NCBI GenBank assembly: GCA_028289095.1
Contig: JAQGGY010000020.1
Span: forward strand, 1-50,460
Source: Candidatus Saccharimonadota bacterium
GTDB taxonomy: Bacteria > Patescibacteriota > Saccharimonadia > Saccharimonadales > Saccharimonadaceae
Length of the DNA: 50,460 nucleotides
Reading direction: 5' to 3'
Shown here piece by piece: positions 27,340 to 35,464 of the stretch (the first letter of the stretch is position 1; every line of letters starts with the position of its first letter). The notes below the pieces were generated by a model that was given only the letters and a program-made list of their open reading frames with translations, had not been told where the DNA came from and made no database searches. The position numbers were made by a program, and so were the translations under genes.

Positions 27340-27504
27340 CTAGCGCAATCGATGCGGCAGATGCAGATGCTGTCGTAGTCCCTTCGGAAAGGTGACCAAA
27401 TCACTTAGGGTGATCCACTTGTCTACTTTTTGCTTGCGCATAAAAAGACAGGGGAAGTAGCGGCGTGCTGTTTTCTTGGTATTTTGCAGCTTGACTTGCG
27501 GCAT
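27340..27504 (-). CDS. Candidate 54-aa basic small protein (below the ORF-track cutoff)
   Basis: My own translation is MPQVKLQNTKKTARRYFPCLFMRKQKVDKWITLSDLVTFPKGLRQHLHLPHRLR*. AGGAAA lies 6 nt upstream. A TTGACG-17-TAGAAT promoter sits about 100 nt upstream on the minus strand, and the terminator at 27290-27320 is downstream. Confidence 0.3.
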   Translation of the reverse strand: MPQVKLQNTKKTARRYFPCLFMRKQKVDKWITLSDLVTFPKGLRQHLHLPHRLR

Positions 27505-27640
27505 AATATTTCCTATGTACGTACGGGTATTCGGATGAAAAGGGCGACGGCGGTGTTGCCGACATCCTCATAGTTGAACGTTATAGACGTATTCGGATGG
27601 GATAAGCACATTCTATCATAATTATGTATATACGTCAATG

Positions 27641-27670
27641 AAAACACCCCGATTCTCTGCGGGGTGTTTT
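27641..27670. terminator. Strong terminator-like hairpin with no assigned gene
   Basis: AAAACACCCCG-attctctg-CGGGGTGTTTT is an 11-bp stem with A/T flanks on both sides. Confidence 0.5.
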
Positions 27671-27847
27671 CGGTTGTGGTGGGTTATCGTAGAGCGATGT
27701 GTCACAACATATGTTTTTTGGAGTTTATGTTTGTTTTTGCAACGTTCGCTGTTTAGTACAATACGTCATTATTTGTAAAAGCGCAAGCATTATCATCAAA
27801 AATAACAACACTTTATTGTTGGCTACCGTGGGCGTATACTATAAGAC

Positions 27848-28333
27848 ATGAGCATATTTGTACAATCTACCCCAGCCCCACGACCTAAATCCGAAAATGT
27901 AAAACTTGTCAGCATTGGCCTTGCAGGTGTGTTTGTCGTGTTGGCAGTGGCGCAGTTATATAGTTACGAAGATTTTCCTAGCGTTATTACTAGCTTGGGC
28001 CTGCACGATGGACGACCTTTGTCAGATCTGTATGCAGCCTTATTAGTGACGGGCGAAGTACTTGCAATACCATTTTTATTATCGATGCGGCTAAGCCGGG
28101 CAATGCGCTTTGTCAGTATGACTGCAGGATGGTTGGTCATTATAGCCTGGTTGAAAACAGCGGTCATCGTTAATGTAACGGCCAATGCGGTGACCAATAG
28201 CGGTGTATTGGGTGCGACAATTCCGATTGTTCCGGGTTGGTGGATGGTGTGCTTTTTTATGGTGCTTGCGCTGATGTCTGCATGGGCTAGTTGGGGTATG
28301 TGGCCGGCGGCCGTCGGCAAGAACAACACCTAG
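27848..28333 (+). CDS. Membrane protein (MauE/DoxX-like topology), unknown function
   Basis: 161 aa with four hydrophobic helices. The family assignment is only a weak resemblance. Confidence 0.45.
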   Translation: MSIFVQSTPAPRPKSENVKLVSIGLAGVFVVLAVAQLYSYEDFPSVITSLGLHDGRPLSDLYAALLVTGEVLAIPFLLSMRLSRAMRFVSMTAGWLVIIAWLKTAVIVNVTANAVTNSGVLGATIPIVPGWWMVCFFMVLALMSAWASWGMWPAAVGKNNT

Positions 28334-28394
28334 TAGCTGCTGACGCGCTTTTACAGGCGTATAATAGAAGCAATTATAACCAAGGAGGTTTTGC

Positions 28395-28928
28395 ATGGAT
28401 TATTTGAAAAAGATTGAAGCGTACGTCGCACCGTGGTATAGAAATGTTCCGCATTTGCCCGAAGGCGGCCAAAGATGGTTGGCTGATAATATATGGTGGA
28501 TAGTGTTGGCATTTGTTATTCTAGGCGCATTTGGTGTACTTAGTCTATTGACAGTAGCATTTGTTGGTGGTGCATTATTAACTGCATTTGGCGGTGCAGT
28601 AGGAGCGACATTGGGCGGACTCGCGATGCTTTTTGCATTAGTTACACTCAGTCTTGCAATCGCTAATCTGGTTATTGGCGCACTAGCTATTAATCCACTG
28701 AAAAATAGACAAGAAAAAGGCTGGACGCTGCTGCTTATGGCTTCGGTAATTAGTGCTGGAGCTGCTGTGCTGGCACTATTGCTTGCCTTTGATCTATTTA
28801 GTTTCATTCGTGATATGATGTTCGTCGCACTAGGCGGTTATCTATTGTTTGAAATTCGTAGGTACTTTACAGCAAAGCACGTTAATCACGAAGCGACAAA
28901 GGCACCAACGATACAAAAAACGAAGTAG
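28395..28928 (+). CDS. Membrane protein, unknown function
   Basis: 177 aa with Gly/Ala-rich TM helices. AAGGAGG lies 6 nt upstream of the ATG. Confidence 0.5.
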   Translation: MDYLKKIEAYVAPWYRNVPHLPEGGQRWLADNIWWIVLAFVILGAFGVLSLLTVAFVGGALLTAFGGAVGATLGGLAMLFALVTLSLAIANLVIGALAINPLKNRQEKGWTLLLMASVISAGAAVLALLLAFDLFSFIRDMMFVALGGYLLFEIRRYFTAKHVNHEATKAPTIQKTK

Positions 28929-28999
28929 CCCTTTTCATCCACATAGCCGGCAAATAATCGTTTAGATTTGTAGAAAATTCGCTAGCATTGTGGCGTATA

Positions 29000-30676
29000 A
29001 TGGGTTTTGTGATCAGCAGCATTTTTCTGTCGCCCGATGACCTTATCGTACGCACACGTTGGTATGTATACTTGCGGTGGTTTATCTTGCTGGTCGCAAT
29101 AGTTCCCGGTATCGTATCGCTATGTATAGGCTATGGCTGGGGGCGTGAAGTGCAAAGTGGGCTTATGTTCGGTGTTATCGCATTATCAACTAATGCGGTC
29201 TTTTTTATACTTAGTAGGCTTTTGAAAAATAAAACAGCTGTACGTGCGTTGATTACGACAGCCTTTTCCATTGATATCGCATTAATTACATATTTCATCT
29301 ACACCAAGGGTGGTATCGAAAGCCGCAGTGTTTTGATGTACGTTATTCCGATAATCATGTCGGCGGCGATTTTCGGACGGAAGGGTGTTTATGCATCCGC
29401 ATTTATGTCGATGCTAGCATATGATATTCTGATCCTCTGCAATTATTTCGGTATATTTTATTCACTGGATCCGTTCTATGCATATTTGCAGACGGATTTT
29501 GCCTATGTCGTTAATACCATTATATTTTTTAATGCGTTATTTATTCTCATTAGTATGGCGGTGGATTTCATTGCCCAGTTACTGATTAGTAAAGAAAGGT
29601 TAGCCACCGGACGGTTAAACGAGTTGGTGCGAGCTCAATCGGTAGCAAAGTTTGGTAGTTGGGAGTGGAAAAGAATAGATGATGTCATCAATTGGTCGGA
29701 TGAATTATATGATATTTTTGGTGTAGAAAAAAGTTCAGTTCCGATTACTTTTGAGCAGTATATGTCATACATACATCCCGATGATACAAAATTAGTGAAT
29801 GATGAGATACGCAAAGCCGCAGTAGGTGTCCAGTCATTTTCATTTGATCATCGCATTGTACTGCCTGACGGGAAGATTCGTTATATATACAGCAATGGGC
29901 AGTCCTATAGTGATAAAAAAGGTGTCGTAACGCATATGGTAGGTACGGCACGTGATATCACCGAAAATAAGTTGTTAGAGAATGCTAAAAATGACTTCGT
30001 AGCGGTGACATCGCATCAACTGCGTACGCCTGCAACAATCGTTAAACAATATACGACAATGCTTGCCGAAGGCTACGTAGGCGAGCTGACGTTACACCAA
30101 AAGCAATTTTTAAAAACGATTTATGACAGTAACGAAAGACAGATAGCGATTATTAATGATTTGTTAAATATTGCACGTATAGATTCTGGGCATTTCAATA
30201 TGACAGTGCGGCGTACGGATGTAATCGAGATGCTAAAGCAGATCAAATCTGAGCATCTGGGCAAGTATAAGTCTAAGCATCAAAGGCTTGTATTTAAACC
30301 AAATTATAAAAACGTATTTTGTAATATCGACAGTGGTCATATTAAAATGGCGATGGAAAATTTGCTAGATAATGCGCATAAATATACGCCAGCGAACAAG
30401 ACCGTTCGAATGGATTTAAAGCGTCGTCGAAAAGGGGTTACAATTACAATCACCGACCAAGGAATCGGCATACCTGCCAAAGACATTCATAAGATTTTTG
30501 ACATGTTTTCGCGCGTAGAAAATCCATCCGTTCTGCAGGAAGAGGGAACAGGCATTGGGTTGTATTGGGCAAAAAAGATTATTACTATGCATGGCGGCAC
30601 AATCGATGTTACATCCGAGCACAACAAGGGCACGACATTTTCGATCTACTTGCCGTACAAGGCGGCAAAGGATTGA
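29000..30676 (+). CDS. Sensor histidine kinase (multi-TM sensor, PAS, HisKA, HATPase_c)
   Basis: H-box SHQLRTP, N-box LLDNAHKYTP, G1 DQGIGIP and G2 GTGIGL. A PAS-like region lies at about aa 215-330, with about 6 N-terminal TM helices. The start is ATG 29000 (the ORF-track start at 28988 is TTG). Confidence 0.85.
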   Translation: MGFVISSIFLSPDDLIVRTRWYVYLRWFILLVAIVPGIVSLCIGYGWGREVQSGLMFGVIALSTNAVFFILSRLLKNKTAVRALITTAFSIDIALITYFIYTKGGIESRSVLMYVIPIIMSAAIFGRKGVYASAFMSMLAYDILILCNYFGIFYSLDPFYAYLQTDFAYVVNTIIFFNALFILISMAVDFIAQLLISKERLATGRLNELVRAQSVAKFGSWEWKRIDDVINWSDELYDIFGVEKSSVPITFEQYMSYIHPDDTKLVNDEIRKAAVGVQSFSFDHRIVLPDGKIRYIYSNGQSYSDKKGVVTHMVGTARDITENKLLENAKNDFVAVTSHQLRTPATIVKQYTTMLAEGYVGELTLHQKQFLKTIYDSNERQIAIINDLLNIARIDSGHFNMTVRRTDVIEMLKQIKSEHLGKYKSKHQRLVFKPNYKNVFCNIDSGHIKMAMENLLDNAHKYTPANKTVRMDLKRRRKGVTITITDQGIGIPAKDIHKIFDMFSRVENPSVLQEEGTGIGLYWAKKIITMHGGTIDVTSEHNKGTTFSIYLPYKAAKD

Positions 30677-30820
30677 TTGCGCGCATTTTAGCACTGTAAT
30701 CTTTGGGCTACGTATCATACTTGTCGAAGCTACGATTCAGTATTTTAGTAACGTATTTTACAGCAAAACATTCAAACGAATGGTAACTTAAAATGAATGA
30801 ACCATAAAAAGGAGGGAGCT

Positions 30821-32008
30821 ATGAAAGCAGTCACCTGGCAAGGTAAACGGAATGTTTCAGTAGAGGAAGTGCCTGACCCGATTATAGAAAAGCCGACAGA
30901 CGCAATTATTAAAATTACATCGACGGCTATTTGCGGATCGGACCTGCATTTATATGAAGTCATGGCCCCGTTTATGGAAAAGGGCGATATCTTAGGCCAT
31001 GAGCCAATGGGTATTGTGCAAGAGGTTGGTTCAGAAATTGTGAATCTCAAGCCTGGTGACCGTGTCGTAATTCCATTTAATATTTCGTGCGGCAATTGCT
31101 TTATGTGCAATATGGGACTGCAGTCGCAATGTGAAATAACGCAGGTGCGCGAACATGGCCGCGGGGCGATGTTCTTTGGTTATAGCAAATTGTATGGTCA
31201 GGTTCCCGGCGGGCAAGCAGAATATCTGCGTGTTCCGTATGCCGACTACGGAGCAATAAAAGTACCAGAGGGGCCATCCGATGAACGCTTTCTATTCCTT
31301 TCAGATGTATTACCGACAGCTTGGCAGGCGGTGCAGTATGCTAGTATCCCAAAAGCGGGAAGTGTTGCGGTGTTGGGGCTGGGGCCGATTGGGGATATGG
31401 CGACGCGCATTGCACAGCATCACAATGCAGGCAATGTGATTGGTGTCGACCTGGTGCCTGAACGATTAGCGAGGGCAAGGCAACACGGCGTAGATGTTGT
31501 CGATGCCAGTAAAATGAGCAACGAAGAGCTAGTCGAAGTGCTACGCGACAAGACTAATGGGCGAGGTCCGGATGCTGTCATTGATGCTGTGGGTATGGAA
31601 GCGCATGGGTCGCCGAGTGTCAAAATGGTGCAGTCAATGACGAATATGTTACCAGACGCAGCCGCCGAGAAAATCTTTTTAAATGCAGGCGTTGATAGGT
31701 TGACGGCTTTACATAACGCCATCGAAATTGTACGCCGGGGAGGTACCATTTCGATTTCAGGTGTGTATTCTGGGCAAGTTGATCCAATGTCAATGGACAC
31801 ATTGTTTGATAAGCAAATTCAGATCCGGATGGGCCAGGCGAACGTGCGGCGATGGTCTGACGAGATACGGGATTTATTGATAGAAAATGATGCATTTGGC
31901 GTCGAAGAATTTCCAACGCATCGGTTGTCGCTTGATGAAGCGCCTCATGCATATGAGATCTTTCAAAAGAAAGAGGACAATGCCTTTAAGATTGTACTGA
32001 AGCCGTAA
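30821..32008 (+). CDS. Zinc-dependent alcohol/formaldehyde dehydrogenase family (MDR) oxidoreductase
   Basis: ICGSDLHLY (catalytic Zn Cys), GHEPMG, structural-Zn CGNCFMC and Rossmann VLGLGPIG. AGGAGG lies 5 nt before ATG 30821. Confidence 0.88.
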   Translation: MKAVTWQGKRNVSVEEVPDPIIEKPTDAIIKITSTAICGSDLHLYEVMAPFMEKGDILGHEPMGIVQEVGSEIVNLKPGDRVVIPFNISCGNCFMCNMGLQSQCEITQVREHGRGAMFFGYSKLYGQVPGGQAEYLRVPYADYGAIKVPEGPSDERFLFLSDVLPTAWQAVQYASIPKAGSVAVLGLGPIGDMATRIAQHHNAGNVIGVDLVPERLARARQHGVDVVDASKMSNEELVEVLRDKTNGRGPDAVIDAVGMEAHGSPSVKMVQSMTNMLPDAAAEKIFLNAGVDRLTALHNAIEIVRRGGTISISGVYSGQVDPMSMDTLFDKQIQIRMGQANVRRWSDEIRDLLIENDAFGVEEFPTHRLSLDEAPHAYEIFQKKEDNAFKIVLKP

Positions 32009-32046
32009 GTGGCGCAATATCCCTGTGACTGATGATTATGGGGCTA

Positions 32047-33021
32047 TTACTTTATCTCGAACGGATCCCCGTAGACGCTCCACTTTAGGGGTGTAGTTAG
32101 GGTAAGGTTACCTTCTTTTAGGAACTTGCGCTGAGCCGTTTCAATGCGTGTAACGTCCTCATGTGCAGCCTCCTTATTCATTTCTACAATTCGTTCGTCT
32201 AGGAATGTGTTCATATATGTTGTCACGTTCGCGTCCTGCGCTGGGGTTTTTGATTTATTTAAGGCGCGAGTACGGATACTCATCATTCCTTCGTAGCCAT
32301 GAACAACCGCAGCATCGTAGTAGGCAAACTGGCCAAGGACCGGCAAGCCGTCGGAAATCGCTAGATTTACTGATGGGTCAAAATATATACGATCGCGCTC
32401 TCTGTCTTGAGCTTGCTGGAAAAGAGGATCAGCTGCTGCCGCCTTCCAATCTGCGGTAAAACTAGGGTCAAGGCCGGCGTGGGTGTTATTAAAGGTCTTC
32501 TTGAGCGCAGGAATGTATTTAGCCAGCACGTTATTTGGCTTGACTGACGTGTAATATTCGACTAATTCAAGTAGGTCGCCGCACATATTGAGACTAGTAC
32601 AAAAACCGATAATACCAGCAGTGTATCCGCGACCGTCGCCGATGTCTTCGATGTATGCGTACTGGGCTTTCCAGTCCAGGGATGAGTTTTCTGCGCTAGA
32701 TATAAGCTTCATGGCGATTACTTTTTTTGCTGGATCACGCAAGGTTACATTCGTATTCGTAGGCATCGGTACCGATGAGGTAGATGATGGCGTAGGTTCG
32801 GGGAGGGTGGAAGTTTGATCAACTGTTGCGCTTGCGTGGACGGCTTTCATGCCTTGCTCTTCATTTGCAATGGGAGTTCGCTTGGATTCGAGCAGATTTG
32901 ACGAACGCGTCGAAGCGAAGGTATAACTTGCGATAACTATTGCGATGGCAGCGATTAATAATCCTATTGATAGGAATCGGCGGTGGCGGATGAAATCAAA
33001 TGCTTTTTGAAGGGTATTCAT
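32047..33021 (-). CDS. Glycoside hydrolase family 46 chitosanase with N-terminal membrane anchor/signal
   Basis: From memory it is near-colinear with Streptomyces N174 CsnA: SSAENSSLDWKAQY.YIEDIGDGRGYT.GIIGFC (catalytic Glu and Asp context), FQQAQ..ERDR.YFDP, LGQFAYYDA and LKW..YGDP. The N-terminus has a TM helix plus a Ser/Thr/Pro linker. Confidence 0.9.
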   Translation of the reverse strand: MNTLQKAFDFIRHRRFLSIGLLIAAIAIVIASYTFASTRSSNLLESKRTPIANEEQGMKAVHASATVDQTSTLPEPTPSSTSSVPMPTNTNVTLRDPAKKVIAMKLISSAENSSLDWKAQYAYIEDIGDGRGYTAGIIGFCTSLNMCGDLLELVEYYTSVKPNNVLAKYIPALKKTFNNTHAGLDPSFTADWKAAAADPLFQQAQDRERDRIYFDPSVNLAISDGLPVLGQFAYYDAAVVHGYEGMMSIRTRALNKSKTPAQDANVTTYMNTFLDERIVEMNKEAAHEDVTRIETAQRKFLKEGNLTLTTPLKWSVYGDPFEIK

Positions 33022-33316
33022 AAACGTGTCCTATTTAACTGTTAGTGCGCTGATGTTATCAATATTTAATTCGTGATTAACAGCTTAGCTACCGAGGGTG
33101 TTACAGGTACGGTCGAGTTAATGCTGATTACTGAAGGTATGGAGGTGAGGCTGTCTGTCGCTCCTATTATAGGGTGATATCTATCCCTTTGCAATGAGCT
33201 GAGAAAGATGAGCAAGAAAGGTATTTATGATTCGTTTAATCATAAAGGATTTTGGAACCCGATCTAAATTAAGTATAGAAAAAAGACCTAGAACTAATGG
33301 TCTGGGGCCTTTTTTA

Positions 33317-33332
33317 TGCCTGGGGTGGAGGG
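33317..33332 (-). repeat. Orphan copy of the tRNA-Gln 3' end (15/16 nt)
   Basis: TGcCTGGGGTGGAGGG versus TGgCTGGGGTGGAGGG at 33504-33519. It is preceded by a second copy of ATAGAAAAAAGACyTAGA (33275-33293 versus 33462-33480). No T-loop or anticodon arm is attached. Confidence 0.7.
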
Positions 33333-33465
33333 CTGGCGGTCGCTGTGCTTCCTATTTCCGCTTGCTGACAAAATGAGCAAGCTAATTTTGTTACACGGCG
33401 CTGCACGAACTCCCCGACTTTTGTTTTACAAAAGTATTCTGGGGTTCGATCCCGACCGAGCATAG

Positions 33466-33501
33466 AAAAAAGACTTAGATGAGATGACCTAAGTCTTTTT
33501 T
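33466..33501 (-). terminator. tRNA-Gln terminator (bidirectional hairpin)
   Basis: AGACTTAG-10 nt-CTAAGTCT, flanked by an A-run and a T-run, 2 nt downstream of the tRNA 3' end. Confidence 0.65.
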
Positions 33502-33503
33502 CA

Positions 33504-33578
33504 TGGCTGGGGTGGAGGGATTCGAACCCCCGAATGCTGGTACCAGAAACCAGTGCCTTACCACTTGGCGACACCCCA
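33504..33578 (-). tRNA. tRNA-Gln (anticodon CUG), CCA encoded
   Basis: Hand-folded cloverleaf: acceptor TGGGGTG/CACCCCA, D-arm GCC-AAGTGGTAA-GGC, anticodon stem CTGGT/ACCAG with loop TTCTGGT, T-arm GGGGG-TTCGAAT-CCCTC, discriminator G, then CCA. The U1-A72 pair and overall sequence resemble E. coli tRNA-Gln. Confidence 0.88.
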
Positions 33579-33671
33579 ATAGTGTCAATTGTTCGCGTTG
33601 TTGCGGCGTCAAATCATAGGTTTTTGGCAATGGTACCTATATAATTCTTGCCGTATCAGGATATGGCGGCT

Positions 33672-33695
33672 AGTGTCTTACCACTTGGCGACACC
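33672..33695 (-). repeat. Orphan copy of the tRNA-Gln 5' part (23/24 nt)
   Basis: agtgTcttaccacttggcgacacc versus agtgCcttaccacttggcgacacc at 33552-33575, exactly 120 nt away. The downstream sequence does not fold into a tRNA. Confidence 0.7.
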
Positions 33696-33809
33696 TCATC
33701 GCTCGTATCAAATTGTAACATTTATAGGTTGTTTGCTCAAGTAAGAAGGCTGCATTACTATCTCATAGTGTCGACATACATGCATTAATCGGATATAATT
33801 GTAGTACAG

Positions 33810-35399
33810 ATGGAGCCAGATGAAACCTATCCACTACACCCTGATCAAAAGGATCAAACCACGACGCCAAGTACGCCACCTGTTAACTCTACAGGCATCA
33901 CACCCCTCCAGCCACCGTCAACCTATAATCCGCCACAGAATACCGTGTCCACGCAGTCTGCTACGGTGCCGTGGTACTTACAGCCCTTAACAAAAACGAC
34001 GCAATCACCACTGACCTCGACCCAGACGCGGCCGTTTGTTCCGCGCGAACCATTACTACCAAAACCACAAAGGGAACAGTCGGTGGAGGCATCGGCTATG
34101 CCGTCAGTGGCGCCGCAATCGTCAGCAATTCAAACCGCGACACCTACTCCTTCGCTAGAGTCAAATAGTCTATTTGGAACGCAACCATTGCCACCCTTGA
34201 GGTCGCCGTATGCCAAGCCGTCGCAGCAGCAGTCGGTATATCGCCGACCGTCAGAATCAAATCCAGATCCTCAGCGAACCGCTTATCAACGTCCGCCTGT
34301 GTCCAAACAACAAGCACCGGTCTACCAACAGCCGCAAGCGCCCACACCCGCCAGTCAGGCGCCAAAGCCATTTTCGCAATTTGATGCAATAGTATCACCG
34401 CAACCAATGAATAGTAACCCACAGAATAAATCAAAAAAAATGCGACGGATCATTGGCATCGCAGTGGCCGTGCTACTACTTGGATTAATTGGCGTAGGGG
34501 TGTATTCATTTTTTAATAAATCAGGGTCGGACGATGCAACGCCGACATCGACGACTACTTCAAATGATGCCGTCACGAAGCGGCTCGAACGGGCGTTCGA
34601 CAAGCATCTGCAGACACGTTTTATCCGTCAGTCTTATGAACAGGTTGCGGATGGAATAAACACTGATGTCTTGAAGTTGGATACAACGAGTGACTTTACG
34701 GATCCATCGCAGCCAAAAAGCCATATTCATTATGATCTGCAAGCGGGCAGGGGTGACAATACTGTTAAGGGCGCTGGCGAAGTGATGATTTTAGGCAAGA
34801 ATGAATATTTCGGCAAATTATTATCACCTGTATTGTTCTATCAAGGCGATGAAGCTGCTAAGCCAAAAGAAAACCAGTGGTATAAAATCGCAAACGATGA
34901 CACGACGGGCGAAATGTTACTCGATCCTACGTCGTCACGGGCGGCGTTGAACAGCCCGCTTGGTGAATTGCCAGTAGGAAACTTTCAAGACACGACTCGA
35001 CAGGAATTAATGCAATTCATTGCAGGTCGTACAGTGTATGCGATTAAAAGTAGCAATGAAGTCACCGACGGCAAAGAAAAACTAACTCACTACAATATAG
35101 ATTTTAATGCCGGATCAGTCAGTGAGCTAAACAAAAAGATTGCCGATGCGATCGAACAAAAAGATGAGGCTATGATACCGACGTTTGCAGAAAATGATGT
35201 CAAAAATATGGAAATTTGGGTCAATAATAATTCAGGGCAAATAACGAAAGTTAAATATAACAGAGAATATTCTGGTACTGAAGATAATGCTACGCCAATA
35301 AAAGAAACAATTACGGTAGCGATTAGCTACCCATCGGACAGCTCATCGATAAAAACGCCCGAGGGTGCAATAGCTGGCCCTTGGGTTATTAAGCGGTAG
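33810..35399 (+). CDS. Hypothetical single-pass membrane protein (long P/Q/S/T-rich N-terminal region, extracytoplasmic C-terminal domain)
   Basis: 529 aa. About 205 aa of low-complexity P/Q/T/S, then a TM helix IIGIAVAVLLLGLIGVGVYSFF, then about 300 aa globular. No family recognised. Confidence 0.5.
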   Translation: MEPDETYPLHPDQKDQTTTPSTPPVNSTGITPLQPPSTYNPPQNTVSTQSATVPWYLQPLTKTTQSPLTSTQTRPFVPREPLLPKPQREQSVEASAMPSVAPQSSAIQTATPTPSLESNSLFGTQPLPPLRSPYAKPSQQQSVYRRPSESNPDPQRTAYQRPPVSKQQAPVYQQPQAPTPASQAPKPFSQFDAIVSPQPMNSNPQNKSKKMRRIIGIAVAVLLLGLIGVGVYSFFNKSGSDDATPTSTTTSNDAVTKRLERAFDKHLQTRFIRQSYEQVADGINTDVLKLDTTSDFTDPSQPKSHIHYDLQAGRGDNTVKGAGEVMILGKNEYFGKLLSPVLFYQGDEAAKPKENQWYKIANDDTTGEMLLDPTSSRAALNSPLGELPVGNFQDTTRQELMQFIAGRTVYAIKSSNEVTDGKEKLTHYNIDFNAGSVSELNKKIADAIEQKDEAMIPTFAENDVKNMEIWVNNNSGQITKVKYNREYSGTEDNATPIKETITVAISYPSDSSSIKTPEGAIAGPWVIKR

Positions 35400-35420
35400 A
35401 TCACTTTGCACATTAAAAAA

Positions 35421-35458
35421 CTCCTGGAGTGTGACAAAAAATCGTCACGCTCCAGGAG
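35421..35458. terminator. Bidirectional terminator between convergent genes
   Basis: CTCCTGGAGTGTGAC-8 nt-GTCACGCTCCAGGAG is a 15-bp stem (one G.U pair), with A6 upstream and TTTT downstream. Confidence 0.8.
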
Positions 35459-35464
35459 CGGCTT

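Noticed and set aside
33335-33461. Possible SRP RNA, tmRNA or second tRNA in the hairpin-bounded interval next to tRNA-Gln
   Set aside because: GGAAATAGGAAGCACAGC only superficially resembles the SRP domain IV GGAAGGAAGCAGC, and the flanking helix cannot be drawn. The interval is far too short for tmRNA and lacks a T-loop next to the CCACCCCAGGCA end. I could not fold a cloverleaf.
33314-33574. 86-aa minus-strand ORF in the ORF track
   Set aside because: It runs straight through the tRNA-Gln gene, its terminator hairpin and the tRNA-fragment repeat. It has no RBS, and its sequence is a read-through of structured RNA, so it is spurious.
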